Source: Toensbergia leucococca
Lineage: Eukaryota
Assembly: GCA_022813965.1 (NCBI GenBank)
Contig: JALDZS010000038.1
Location: 62,001 to 126,000 of the forward strand
Direction of reading: 5' to 3'
DNA: 64,000 nucleotides
This document shows positions 14,680 to 27,577 of the stretch, piece by piece (position 1 is the first letter of the stretch; every line of letters starts with the position of its first letter). Under the pieces are notes generated by a model. That model saw only the letters and a program-made list of their open reading frames with translations. It was not told the DNA's origin and did not search any database. The position numbers and the translations under genes were made by a program.

Positions 14680-16520
14680 TCATACAGCATTAACCGGATC
14701 CCACCGACAAAGCCTGCCTGGTATTCTTCCGGTCCAGCCTGATGGAGACACTCCGAGCATAACTCGGAGCGTCATTGAAGGAACGGTGTTGGAGCAAAGG
14801 AGTTGTGTAACTACCGACAATGAGGTCGATACATCAGTCATGAACCATATCAGAGTCTGAACACGCCCTGAAGCAGAAACGACCACGAATGCCTCATCTT
14901 GGGAGCCTGGAAACAAGTGTTGCACAATCGTCGGTCTCCAATCGGAGCCATGGCCGTTGCCATATTTCCCTTATGTGTTCCTTCATGTACGACGAGTAGA
15001 GTACCTAGTTACGGTGACCCTGTACGTTGCCCGGCGAAATGACTAGCTGCCTTGGCTGAGGCGAGGCTGCATAGGTTAGGTGAAGTAGGGCACCCTTGGC
15101 CTACAAGCTGCCGTCAAGCGAGAGAATCCTTCGCTCGTTGTCGTAGCATATCAATATGCATAAGCGTGCGGCCTCTACCAGTCACTCCGTCGATCTCACT
15201 CTCGGAGAGGTACAATAGCATTCGCTGCCGATGCAGGGAACATGCAACAATAGCCCAAGGCCTGGAAACGTCAACATCGCACGCGAATAACCAGCTAACC
15301 ACAACCAAACCTGTCGTACAGGCGTCCTGGTATGGATGGCCTGTACACATACTGTACGCAAGATCAAGACCTGTCATCCTCGAGAATAGGTATGGCAACA
15401 AATCATTCTACTGCACCAACGTACAGGTCTACCCATACTACCCCTTCCACCTTTCCCAAATGCCAAGATCTGCTTGGTCCTTCTGGGGGACCATTGATGA
15501 ATGGTGCACTCGAAGATTATTTAATCCTCCGAGTTTAGCGTAGGATTTAAGACAGTCGTCTATTGGGGCTAGAGGCGATAGCCGTTGGTGAATCAAAGTT
15601 GAAGATAATGCCACGAGAATTCGATGTAGAGGGCCAGGTCATCACTGAGGCAATGTTGTCTATAGAGGTTTTGCTTATCATCCTTTGGTGGGATGTCTGC
15701 AACCGACTCGATCTAAGCAGCACTCTTAGAGTTCAGGAGTCATTGTTTTCACTCGTCGTGCTCAGACTATGCCGCAGGCCGTTGCACGGAGCCCTGTGAC
15801 ACTTCAGCCATTCCGTACCTCCGTCATTTTCTCTGTTTCAAGGGACTGTTGGTTATCAACGTCTCCTTCTCTATGAGGGAATCTCCTGTAATGATTGAAT
15901 CTGTAATTGCCGAGGTTGTCAGTGTTCGACGAGAGCGCGCAAGCGGTACCGTAGACACGACGTGTTGGAGAGTCTAGTACGCTAAGAATGTCAAGTTGAA
16001 GAAGCGTCGCCGGCCCGCGTCTTGGTGGAACTCGGAACACATCCATTTGACACTAGAGAGACAGAGATTCGACACTAGAAGGATAAACATTCGACTCTAG
16101 AAAGATAGATCAGGCAGGACTCTGCTAGGAGACACCTTATCATCAATTCTAGTAACGATAGTAGAAAAGACTCATGCGGGGTAAGGTATAGGGGCGGACT
16201 CGTCGCATCGCCTACCTTCATCTAGCCATCTCCCTTCAATCTCCAGTGACTTGACCCTCTCGAACAGCGAGAAACATCCGTCAAGCCTTCTCCTTAGCAC
16301 CCTGAAGGACGGCCATTTGATTCTTCTTTGGGAAGCCGTAGATTCGAAGCCTTTTCTTGACTTCGGCAGCTTAAAGACAAGATTTAGATAGCCGGATTTA
16401 CCTGGGTAGATGGCACTTGGGCTTTCAGAGGGTGGCTTCGCGAAGGTCAGACAAAATCTGCATGATTGGACGGCAAGGCTGTGAGGTAGATGGAAGCCAA
16501 GGTAGAAAGATACTTCCTGC
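14680..16520 (-). pseudogene. Degenerate coding fragments, possibly an ankyrin-repeat gene relic
   Basis: Broken fragments EIDGVTGRGRTLMHI (~15150-15200) and GKYGNGHG...IVQHLF (~14915-14970) resemble fungal ankyrin motifs; many stops and frameshifts. Confidence 0.25.
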
Positions 16521-17096
16521 ACTTTCTAGATCGACGAGTCCAAATTGAAAACGGCTTTGCATGAGTCTCAGAGTGTCAAGGACTGACGTTCAAATAAAAG
16601 TGGGCGAGGGAGTTAGGGTTGGTAGCCAGTCCCCCTTGTTGGTCACGCAATAAATAGTTCCTCAGCTTTAAATTGCCTTCTCGCTGAATAATCATCAGAC
16701 AAATAAGATGCCTCGACAATTCGAGTAGCATATGCATGGTAATAGATTTGCCATACTACCAGGACGAGTACAACATGTGAAAAAATAGTCATGAGCTTTC
16801 TTTCTCACTGCGACCGCGAAATGGCTGCGCTTGAAAGTCCGAAAGCCTTCATCTGCTTTTCATCACTGTGCGCTGGTTTGATCGATCCAGTTCGCACTGA
16901 TGGCGCAAGGGGGCATGATCTCCATACTCATCCCTTCCTAGTACCTTGCATGAACACCCTCGCATCTGTGTTTCCTATATCATTCCACCCGCCTTGCATT
17001 GGTTCATGCAAAATGGTTCTCGTATATTGGTTCCCCCCTCATTTCTCAACTATCTAACCCTCTGAAAACCAAATTCCTATCTCATCATTCCTAACC

Positions 17097-19248
17097 ATGC
17101 TGCAAGAGCAACACTGGAACGACTCAGCTATAGGAAACGGTATAGGAAACAGTACACCGCTACCATCTAGCCCCGAGAATCTGTGGCATTCTTGGCGTGA
17201 TACGACGTGGGAGAAGTCCAATACACATACTCAAGAGCCTCGAGACCTGCCACAGAGATCTGTGTCCCGCTCTGTGAAACGAATGAAGGAGCCCTTCCCT
17301 TTCATGCTCCCCACTCCTCCGCTTTCGAGTAGGTCCCCAAATTTTCCCAGTCAACATAACGAAGCCTCTGAGGTATTAGAAGAGGATCCCTATGGCCCGG
17401 TAAGAATACGCGAGACAACAACTCATCCAGGCAGCGAGCTCTGGCAGCCACCTTTGCTTCCTGCTATAGCCTTCAAGCGACGTCCCAACCGCAACGAGGC
17501 CCGAAGGACGATGATGAATTTCAGCTGGCGTGTTGACTGCGGTGATCGATTGTCCTGTTGTACGTCGTTACCAGATCTCAGTTCTCAATCAGGTACCCAA
17601 AGCGAGGAGCTTCGTATTCTATCACATTATGCAGCCAGCACCCATACTTGCCATGACATTCAGCAAGCAGAATCAGATGCGAAACATCTGTGCAGATGTC
17701 TTGTTGACCAACGACTCAGTAGGACATGTTGTGGATTCTGTGTGGATGATGCAGGTAATGCTGGAAAACTGTTCAGGTCTCTTTCGCCGCGCCGACAGCT
17801 ATCTTACGGTGAATCTCTCCGAACGCAAAGGCGAGCACCTCTTCATAGGACTGCAGGTTCAAGAGAGTTACGAAGCAAAGCTGGTTGGATGGGTGTCGAC
17901 AAGGATTGTACCTCGTGGATTACTAAAATCTTGAAAACTTCCGAAAGTATAGAGCCACCTGCTAATCACACGACGACTCGAAATTCTCTTCCACCATGCG
18001 AAGGCTTGAGCCATGCAATGTTCAATGACGACAGCAAGATCGAAGAAGCGGTAATTGTCGTTACTCTCGGGAACCTTTGAGTATTTTTTGGAAGCTAACA
18101 CGGTTTAGCACCTTGCCACCTTAACAACGCCTACAAGGCCCAGAGTAATCACCATCTCCTCTCGCAACTCATCCACCGTACCTGATCAAAGCGTTTCTCC
18201 ATACCGTTACCATGCAACACTCACCTCGTCTATCGGCTCTTACACGCCGCCAGCAACGCCCCAGGACACTCAAGAGCACTGCGCGGACTCCAATCGAGTC
18301 AGCTGGAAGGAGGCGAAGATAGATCACCCTCACAGCCGATGTACTCGGGGTAAGAGTCCTATAACGCCACCCAAGTCACCAACACCGGTTCCAACAAAGA
18401 AGACTGCATCAGACATGACCACTTTGCCTCCGAGGTACTCCCAAGCCCAGACTCAAGCACCCAAGGGATATTCAGACTACCGTTCTGACGACGTTACAAG
18501 CACGTGGATACTCCGCGAGCTTGGATGCCTGATTGCCAAATTTCCACTCAATAAACTCCAGCTTGATTCTCCAATCATCCGATGCATTCGCTCGACTCGT
18601 TTGGCACGTATTCGCAGACTAACATCTGACCATTCAAGTGCAGGACCCAAGTCGACTGTTCCTCGATCAGCGCCATTCAGAGCGCCCCATAGTCGCTACA
18701 GCTCGATGAGGCCCCTATCCAACCATCCGGTCCGATCTCAGGATTATCCGGATTCTCCATCCACAGAGTCTCAAACAACAAACCGTCATCCCTCTAGACC
18801 TACTCATGATTATCTCCGCATCATCTTCCCTCGGGTATCGCACCAAGTACTTGAAACCCTCCATGCATATTACATTGCTCTCAATTACGTTACAGACATC
18901 TCTCCCTCGTCACCTACACCACTCCCATCGAGTCTCTCCTCCCCCAAATCACCCCTCGCCCTCCCTCCGTGCTGCAGTGCCTCGACCATACCTGCAAAAG
19001 CACGCGCAACGCTCGGAATCCACTTTTCCAGCCCTAGTCCTTCTCCATCAACCTCTTGGCTTCGACCTCAGACGCCCGAGGTAGATGAAGAAACTCAATG
19101 GAGCGTAGAGGAGATACGAGATGGTTTGACGAACGTGATTGGCTGCTTGGTGTCGGAGATGTTGGGCGGTGGTCTGGGAGTAGGAGAGGATGCACTCGTG
19201 AGTGCTGTGGGTCAGGTTGTGAGGATGGCTGAGGCGGGAGATGGGTAG
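17097..19248 (+). CDS. Hypothetical Ser/Pro-rich protein; 2 exons
   Basis: ORF 17097-18050 joins 18109-19248 through a phase-0 intron (GTAATT, GCTAAC branch, TAG). C-terminal block KFPLNKLQLDSPII...LHAYYIALNY looks structured. Confidence 0.75.
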
Positions 19249-19404
19249 ATTCGGGTGAGGATGTTACGAAGGATATGATGTGATGTTATGAGAATGTCAT
19301 TGAGTAATTTTTGGGATTGCGGATGCGGTGTGGGTTCTAATTGTGACTTGCGTGGCGTACTACTATCAAGGCGTTACAGTGCTTTGGCTATGAAACTGAC
19401 CAGG

Positions 19405-19600
19405 AAGGCATGATGAGCTTGCGAATACTCCCCAAGAGATAAATACGCCCCACGATGTAGGGTTAGTATCGTAAACCCGTCTTCCATACTTGCGTGAGGT
19501 TCTGTGCTCTATGGAGGAGCTTTTACTACGGAAATGAAGAAAAGGAATCGCGACCGGTCGCGGTTCCTGTAGGCCGTGGATAGAACATGACCTCCCCTCT
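19405..19600 (+). ncRNA. Candidate structured ncRNA (box C-containing, snoRNA-like; unverified)
   Basis: ATGATGA at 19410; nested stems over 19496-19594 with G-U pairs favouring the + strand; short 18S-antisense segments. No nearby canonical box D. Confidence 0.3.
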
Positions 19601-20322
19601 GGCTAAGGCCAAAAGTGCCAATTTCGTTGCCCGATCCAATATACCCACGTATACATTGAACAAACATGTTTTGAGATTCGAGCAATGCGCTTCTTTCCAA
19701 GAGCTACGTTTGTTGGCTTAAATAACCAAGTGCTGTGTCACGTCTAACGTATGTACGTTGTTATTGGATTTGCTGAGCTGGAGGTAGGATGAAGGTGAAC
19801 GTGGTGGAAAAAGGGGTTGAGGAGACTTGGAAAGGGGGAGAGACGGTGGAAGCGATTTGACGTGTGGTAGTTATAGTTCTGACTGTAAGCGAGTCATGTA
19901 TAGTAGGAATGTATTTGAAGTCAATCGCCACTTCTTTTAGTGGGCTTGCAAGGCAGTATGAGCTTGGTAGTATGGATGCTCTTACACGGTGTATCTTGGC
20001 CCTATACTGATTGTTTACAATCCCTCCTTTGCGATTTTGTCTTTTGGAGGTTGCGGCTTCGAGTTTCAGTGGGCACGTTCTGAACCTTTTATCTTTAAGG
20101 CTGGAAATCCAGCCCCTTTTACTCCTGATCTTAGTGTTCACTGCAATTATACCACCTTAGAAATATAAGAACAACAAGAGATCCGAGACTCAAAACTCAA
20201 AATTCAAAACTCAAAACATAATATCCTTCAGAGAAGAGTTAGGGTTCAGCGGCGAATCAGATTGAGCCTGGATCCCTGGTTTATAGCGAGTGAGATACAA
20301 CTGCTGTTGATAAATCCAAAAC

Positions 20323-21037
20323 TTATTGATCTGCCCTACCAATCTCCTCTCTCATCCTCTTAATCTCCACCTCTAACTCCATCATCTCCTGCACGATGTT
20401 TGCGAGCGCAGGGATAATAGTCAACACAGCGTTTTTGAATTCCTTCTGCGTGGATCTCAGAGCTGGCGGGACGAGGATGCCGAACCAGTGCAAAGGATCC
20501 CGGGCCTTAGCCTTCTTCTCTGTGCCATCTTTTTCAGGGATGAGGGGACCAAGAGACGGCGACGATGGAGAGTCTGAGCTATCTTTTTTGGATGATTGTG
20601 AATTTGGCGACTCGGAAGGACGGGTTATGGAGAAGGTTGGACCAGAAGGATTTATTGACCTTTGAGCTTGGGTTTAGTGTAACACCACACAAGACAGATG
20701 GTAATATTCTGCAGATAGAGGTCATACACAGTTGTCGAAGCTTGCATTCGGTCATCGTAGTAGTCCTGCCCATAACGAATACGATATGGGGAGGTGAAGT
20801 TCGCTTGGGCGAGGGAGAGATAGCCCTACGTCAAGAGTATTAGGACTTCATACACGGTTTGTACAGGAGAACTATTACAGAAGAGAGGCAATGGCTCAAG
20901 TCGTGTTGTAGCTTCTGATATTGGTCGAGAAGGTTGAGGTAGCGTTCTAGAAGGTCGTCTAAAGACTGGACGAGAGCCTTGACATTGGGTGCTTGGGTTT
21001 TGGATGGGGAAGCTGGATGTCGGAGTATTTCCGTCAT
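20323..21037 (-). CDS. VMA22: V-ATPase assembly factor Vma22/CCDC115; 3 exons
   Basis: LDDLLERYLNLLDQYQ|GYLSLAQANF...RYGQDYYDDRMQAS|...DPLHWFGILVPPALR; stop TAA at 20325-20323. Confidence 0.9.
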
Positions 21038-21282
21038 GATGGATGTTCTGCAATCGAATCAATGTCTTGTATTGCGTGCGGATAGAATTCGATGTTATGT
21101 AGTTGAAAAATGCGGAGAAAGAGAGAGGACGTCTAGGGTGCAGACTTCTGTCTATTTAGGCGAGGTTCGAGGTCTCTGTTTCGGAGGTTCATCAACGACC
21201 ATCTACTCTAATCTTCTCTGAGTCCAAGACCGAGAGCGCCTTCATCTGCCTCGATCCGTTGCTACTCAACTTCAGTCCAGCT

Positions 21283-23124
21283 ATGATTCTTCGACGGCTA
21301 CAAGTGTCCCGTAATCCATACTCTATCCGCCCCCTACCATCTCCTAATATCATCACCAAACCATTGCCCAACCCCCGCCTCTTCACCCAGAATACCCAGC
21401 TTCTCCTCGTCTCTTCCCCATCGTCCCGCCCTCAACTGCCATTCTTACACCATCCCTCAGGTCTCCGCCCTCCGCAAACATTCTCTCGGGGGCAATTTCA
21501 ATTTCAAATCTCACGCCTCCTAACGACCGAGCGAAAGCAGTATATCAAATCTCAACTTCGGCTTGCCTCCAAATACACTATCTATGCCTGGAGCTTTATA
21601 TGCCTCTTCGCAGTCATTCTATTTGGTGTACAAAATGAACGTCTTGACCGCAAGTATCCTTCTCCGCCAATGTGGACTTGGCTATCTCGCATGACTTACC
21701 GTAACGCTCGCGGCGAGGAGAGTCCATCTGCGAATGCGACAGGCCTTATAGATTGGGCCAGCACAGGAAATTATTATCGTCAAGTACTTCGGCGCCTTGA
21801 AGATCCTAGCAAAGATGGATCAGATCTTCAACCTACCTTGCAAGATGAGGGCGATATCTACGTGGCCGGAGTGGGCAGGACAGGCCTTGACATCTCTGCC
21901 AAACCTGAGCCCTGGCGTCGTGGCTATCACACCTGTCTCATGGGTGCTGCGCGAGCAGCCGAGCATCTGGATGGCTGGGTCCGCGACAAATCGCGAAACA
22001 TTGCCTTCCCTTCGGATGTAGTCATCGGTCCCTCAAACCCGAGACCTAAACCCGTTCCACCTGGCGCCAAATCGGCCCCATTGGAAGAAAACTGCGAACA
22101 AGCTTTTGAATCTCCAGAATCATATTACATGAAGATTCTCACTACACATGGTTTCAGTACACAGCAACGCCTCGAGGCTGCACTCGCCTATGCTGACTGG
22201 CTTGACTTCAAGGAACTACCATCAAGTGCGGAAGAGATGTACGATTGGGGCTTGGATATAGCAACGGGATCACTCCCTGTTGGTGTCGACAATGTTGTTG
22301 ATACGAAGACTGGCATTATCAATAAAAGTGCAGACTACATCTCTTCGAACGTCCTGCTCGCTACCACATCCTTGGCGATTCATCATGCTCGTAACAACAA
22401 CCTGTCTACCGCTCTACCAATATTTTTATCTGTGCTACGAGCAAGGCGGCATCTTCCTCCAGTGCCGCCTACTGTATCAATCACAACAGCCCCTGAACCT
22501 GAGTCAGAGCCCTCAACTTTTCAAACACTTCTCTCCTTTTCTACTTCCTTCATCGTCGATCCCGCTTATCCCGACGCCCCACTCACAGGTGACGAAATCC
22601 CATACCGATGTCAAACATCAATATGTGAAGAAGCCGGATTGATGGCCTACATTGGGGAAATCCTTTTCGCCTCTCCATCGCCCAAAGTCTCACATAACAA
22701 GCCCACATCCCGTTCAGCCATCTTATCTTCCCAACTGAGCCAAGCGCACAATCAGCAGGAGGGTCTCGGCTGGACTCGCGACTCAGTAGATATAGCCGAA
22801 GCCACCCTGGCCTCCATCGACCAACACGATCCAGAGGCAAGGAAGCGTTGTTCCGAATGTCTCGAAGTCGGCATGGACAACTGGTCTAAAATGGTTGGGC
22901 GAATGCTCAAGGATGAACTTGCTAGGGAACTGCAGCCGAAGGAAAAGGAGGGCGGCAGCTGGTCATGGGGGAGTGCGGCTAGAGAGAAGCATGAGGGCAG
23001 GTGGGAACGGGAAGCGAAACTGATTGAGGAGAGGGCGGTGAGGGTAAAGAGGCTGCTTGCGAGGGAGGAACAGCGTGTGAATGACGCTAGGAGTGGGGGT
23101 CGATTTGGGATGCTATTTGGGTGA
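21283..23124 (+). CDS. Conserved fungal protein with one N-proximal TM segment, probably mitochondrial
   Basis: Intronless ORF from ATG 21283; Arg/Ser-rich presequence-like N-terminus, hydrophobic IYAWSFICLFAVILFGV, helical repeat-like body. Confidence 0.8.
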   Translation: MILRRLQVSRNPYSIRPLPSPNIITKPLPNPRLFTQNTQLLLVSSPSSRPQLPFLHHPSGLRPPQTFSRGQFQFQISRLLTTERKQYIKSQLRLASKYTIYAWSFICLFAVILFGVQNERLDRKYPSPPMWTWLSRMTYRNARGEESPSANATGLIDWASTGNYYRQVLRRLEDPSKDGSDLQPTLQDEGDIYVAGVGRTGLDISAKPEPWRRGYHTCLMGAARAAEHLDGWVRDKSRNIAFPSDVVIGPSNPRPKPVPPGAKSAPLEENCEQAFESPESYYMKILTTHGFSTQQRLEAALAYADWLDFKELPSSAEEMYDWGLDIATGSLPVGVDNVVDTKTGIINKSADYISSNVLLATTSLAIHHARNNNLSTALPIFLSVLRARRHLPPVPPTVSITTAPEPESEPSTFQTLLSFSTSFIVDPAYPDAPLTGDEIPYRCQTSICEEAGLMAYIGEILFASPSPKVSHNKPTSRSAILSSQLSQAHNQQEGLGWTRDSVDIAEATLASIDQHDPEARKRCSECLEVGMDNWSKMVGRMLKDELARELQPKEKEGGSWSWGSAAREKHEGRWEREAKLIEERAVRVKRLLAREEQRVNDARSGGRFGMLFG

Positions 23125-24573
23125 AGGACTTGGAGCTGACTTTTCCGATGACTATTCGGAAACAACCTATGGACATTGCTGGGTTCCTTGATTTTTCTGT
23201 CGCGGATTAAAGAACCAGTCTTACTTTTACGCCATCGTATATCCAATCGAAAAACCCAAAGATATCTCCAAAACGCCAGCTCAGCCATCCGAAGCCATTC
23301 GCCGAGCTTCCAGACCTATTCGGCCAGTCGAGCACAACTCTCTTCTACCCCTACACTCCATACCAGGTCCCCAACCACAGGACATGCGTCCCCCAAGACC
23401 TTCCTCGTACCCAATCCGGCAACGAGCTTGGTAGAATGCGCGGAGAACCCCTCCCCGCAAGGCATTTACGACAAGGGTTTCAGCCACCAGGCCAGGAGAA
23501 GGAGGAGCGAGAAGCAGAGCGCATCGAAATATATAGAGAAAAAATCCTCCACAATGCGCCTAAAGTTCCTTCCATCCAACCCCTACACCTCCTAACCTGC
23601 CCCGTGCTCACCTTTCCCATAATCCCAAACCCCAAAACCCCCCCTCCAAACCACCACATTCTCCCAAATAGAATAAAATAGAGACTTCAGAAATTCATGG
23701 TGTCAGCCTCGGCCCTCCTTCCCTTCAACTCATTAAAATATCGAGACAATAATCCAAAGCCCCGAACACCCCCAGAAAGCCATCTTTCCCATCAACGAAA
23801 CCTCCATCCACCTTCCCCCCCCCCCCCAAAAAAAAATATGGTAAGAGACTAGCTCCCGCCATGTCACTAATATACACACCGCGCAATTAGTCCCAACAAC
23901 CCCTTTCCCCTCGAGCCAGTAAGCAGACAGACATCATCTTTGCGGCCGTATGTCTTCGTCCCAAGATAATCGATGATTGTGCTGGAAAGGGTATGCGCGC
24001 TTGAGGATCTGGTAGTGGGGGGATGGGTGGGAAGGGTATGGGTTGGGGTTGGGTTTCTTTGAGAAGAGAGGAGAGTGGGGGACAGGACGGGGGTGGTATT
24101 GACAGCACAGGTAGGAGAGACGGACGGGATGATTCGTAGAGATTTTGAACATTATTTTCCCAACGACGACGATATACAATGCAAGCATCATCCACAGGGC
24201 AAGATATCCATCCAATTGGAAACATGTAGTTCTGACTTTCAATTCATTTCACCCTCCTCCACCACCACCACCATGGGCTTTTCTATGTACAAAGCAATTA
24301 ATCCCGCCCCCCACCTACATCGGGAGGTCAGTCCCACACACACATCATGACTCCCAAAAAAAGAAGAGTTCAATATGCCCAAAGAAAAAGAAAATCCGGC
24401 ATCACGCAACGTTAGCTATGCCGCCTCAAGATGACACACACGAGGTATTTACAAATCGATATCTTGGATGAAAACAAGGACAAAAAAGTAAATCGTTAGA
24501 GGGGGGCATATAGACGTTCCGATAAAAAGGTCTGGGTTCCTAAATACTTCAATTCTTAATTCTTCCAGCCAAA

Positions 24574-27500
24574 TTATCCCGCCTTACCGCCGACAACAGT
24601 CCCATTAGCCAACTCGACCGTCAAAGTCTTGAAATCAATCTTGATGCCACCACCCACGTTAGTCGTGGAACCATTGTACGCCGAGCCGGCCAGGAACCAT
24701 TGCAGGTTCACCTGAGCGTCCGCCGCCGTGTTGAGGGTCGTCTCTTGGAAAATGTATAAGACGGCGATGCTAGCGAAATCGAGAATTTGCTGCGTGACGG
24801 CTGGATTATCTTCCGACGAAAGCGTGCTCGACGAAGAAGATGACGAGGTTGCGGCCGGGGCCACGGAGGTGGTAGAGGAGGATGTTACAACGGCGATCGA
24901 AGTGGGGGAGTCATGGGCGTTTGAAGGGGCGGCAAAGACGATGCTGTCGGATGTGAAGTCACTTACAGTGGTGGTTGGTGGTGTGAGATCGGTTTGATCT
25001 TGGGTGCTGGTGTCAATACCGGTGTTTGTTGCATCGCGGGGGAAAATGGTGATTGATGGGAAGGATGTCTGGATGATTTTAGAAGGGATGGGATGTGATT
25101 CGAATTCGGATCCGGATTCTTCGATAAGCTTGGCTTCTGGTAACCATATCGGTAGAAGATCTCGACGTTTAGAGTTTCCATTGAAGCTCACGAGGGCATT
25201 CTCAGACACGCATGAGAGGTTTGTAGTACTGAAGAGGGAAAGTAGGTCGGTGGCGTTTAGTGGAATACTGTAGTTTGAATCTGCAGCTAAAAGAAGTCGG
25301 GGTATGCTGTTCCCGAGCGTCACGTTTGTGTAAGTTCCACTGGACTGACCACTGGCTTTGATGTTTGTAATTGCGCAGCTACCATCATTTGTCTCGGTGC
25401 AGGACGATCCAGTAAAGCCATTGGCACAGACACAGCGACATGAATTTTCGACAACGACACTTGTACCACCATTGATACACGGATACGTTGTCGGGCAAGT
25501 GGAGAGGTTTTCAGGGGGAGTTGAGTGTTCGCGTGGGAGGACGATCAGGGTCACGGGGATGACGACTGCGGCGGCGATAAGGAGGAGTAGAATGATACAG
25601 ACAAGAGCAAAGGCCCAGATAGGCATGCCGCAGCACTTTCGTGATCGAGATTTACCAGAGTGTGGTGTGGGTGAACCAGGAGGTGAGACTGTCTGGCCAA
25701 GAGCAAGAGTGGAACCAGTGAACGTGGCTGGCCAGCGGGATGGAGGTCGTTCGCTGGAAGGCGTCACAATACTCGGCGATGGAAAGGAGGCAAGGATGTC
25801 AGAGATAGAACCAGAGCGTGAATGGCCAAGCGCTGATAGATCTGTTAATGATAAATCCACTTCAAGACTAATACTATTACTTACGAGATCGAATCTTTTC
25901 TGTCCCATCGCCGGCACTCAACATGTCTAGCATCCCTAAACGACTTGCTGTCCGTCCTCTATCCAGATTCGAGGCTAATCGAGTAGCTCGCTTGATGAGA
26001 TCAGGAAGACTAGTCAAACTTCCTCTTGCGTCTGCCTCTTTAACAGCACCGAGGTTCAATGGTGTAGGGCGCCTTGGTCCTTTCTCGCTCACAGAAGACG
26101 GGGCCGAAGTTAAGGGTGATGGTGTACGACTGGAACTGAGTGCTCCACCTTTCTCAAGCCCTAGCAGAATCTTATTGACTTTGAAGTCGGTCGATGCAGG
26201 TGACATCTGAGACTCCTTTTGCAGAGCGCTTGATGGGATATTGGTTGTGAGAGCAATTGGAGCCTTGCTGACAAGGTCGTCGGTTGACGAGGAAGAGTCA
26301 TATCCGGTACCAGCATTAGTCCCACCGAATCTCATGGTATGCTTTTCAGAGTCCGATGGACTTGTCTCTGAAGGACTCGCGGCTGCTGCCACTCCACCAG
26401 CAATAGCTGCAGCAACAGCAGTACGAGTTATCGGCGCAGGCGGACTTGATTCTGAATTCTTAGCCTGCATTGTTGTTCCATCTGTCGCAGTCGTCGTCTC
26501 TACTTTTCTATCGATGCTCTTAATTGTTTTCAGTGATGGCTTATGTCGCTGACCTAAGCTCGCCTGCCTCACCAGACCAGTCGATTCATCCTGATCGCCA
26601 CTTCTCGACTCCCGCCCTTCTCCGCCTTGCACATCTTCCTCCTCCTCTTCACCAATGCCCTCGTCCATGTAGTACCTAGGCGGACCATCACCCCAGCTTG
26701 CGGGGATCGTAGTACTCGAAGCGTAGGAACCATGTGATCTTTGGCCAGTCTCCGGCAATTCTTCTGGGATAGGTGCGACATATGAGTTTTGTGAGTAGTA
26801 CGATGATGCACCTTTTCGCGATGAAGGAGGGGGCCCAAGACTTCGCCGAGGCAGAGGAAAAGGTAGTGGCATGGAATGAATCGGGAATTCCGGTATGCTT
26901 CCATACGATGACGTTGATGACTGTCTACTCAAGCTACCGGGAGTGTTTGATGCCCCTGAGGGAAAAGATTCCTGACTTGTAGGTAGCGAATAATTGTCCT
27001 CCCAGTAAGGAGGCTGCGGTCTTGCTTGTGATTGGAATTGCTGTCCCTGTTGCTGGGGCTGACGATACTGGGAGGACGGTGGATGTTTTTGCATTCTGGA
27101 AACATCCAGCATGGGCGGTACATAATTTGGTCGCGGGGGTCTTTGTGGCGGGGAGCCTTTGCGGAGGTTACGGTCACCAGTCGGACTATTGTTTCTTTTT
27201 TGCGTCGAGGGATCTTCCTGCCCCAACGGCCATTGCGACGTTAAAGACGGGTTCGAGACGGGAGCACCTAAACTAGGTGATGTGGACTGATTCGATGATA
27301 CAGTCGAGGCCATCTGCGCCTCCTGGATCCCTTGAAGTGGGTGTTGGGGAACTCGAATCTGGTCATTCGATCCGGGTCCTAATTGTAGGGATCGGCCTAC
27401 TGGTGGAGTCGAAAGTTCATCATCGTAGTTCAGTATTAATCTAGGCTTCTGTGGTGGTAGACCAGCTTCCATCCTCTCCCTTGCACGCTTAACGGAACCC

Positions 27501-27577
27501 GCTCTTGGAAGTTCTCCGTCGCTTTTACTCCCATTATTTTTACTTGGTCGCTCGGACCCCCCGAGCTTTTGGTCCAT
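24574..27577 (-). CDS. Fungal type II membrane protein: disordered N-terminus, TM helix, EGF-like domain, Ser/Thr-rich region; 2 exons
   Basis: Two long ORFs joined by an intron beginning GTAAGT near 25884; TM WAFALVCIILLLLIAAAVVIPVTLIV; EGF pattern CINGGTS...CRCVCANGFTGSSC. Confidence 0.85.

Noticed and set aside
19458..19466. CTAACCCTA on the - strand (similar 9-mers at ~16612 and ~20238) as a telomerase RNA template
   Set aside because: Such 9-mers are expected by chance; I found no downstream pseudoknot or CR4/5, and a ~1.5-2 kb RNA from 19460 would overlap a coding gene.
23280..24300. Possible small spliced gene on the - strand
   Set aside because: Splice-like signals exist but no coherent or recognisable protein results; homopolymer-rich sequence consistent with convergent 3' UTRs.
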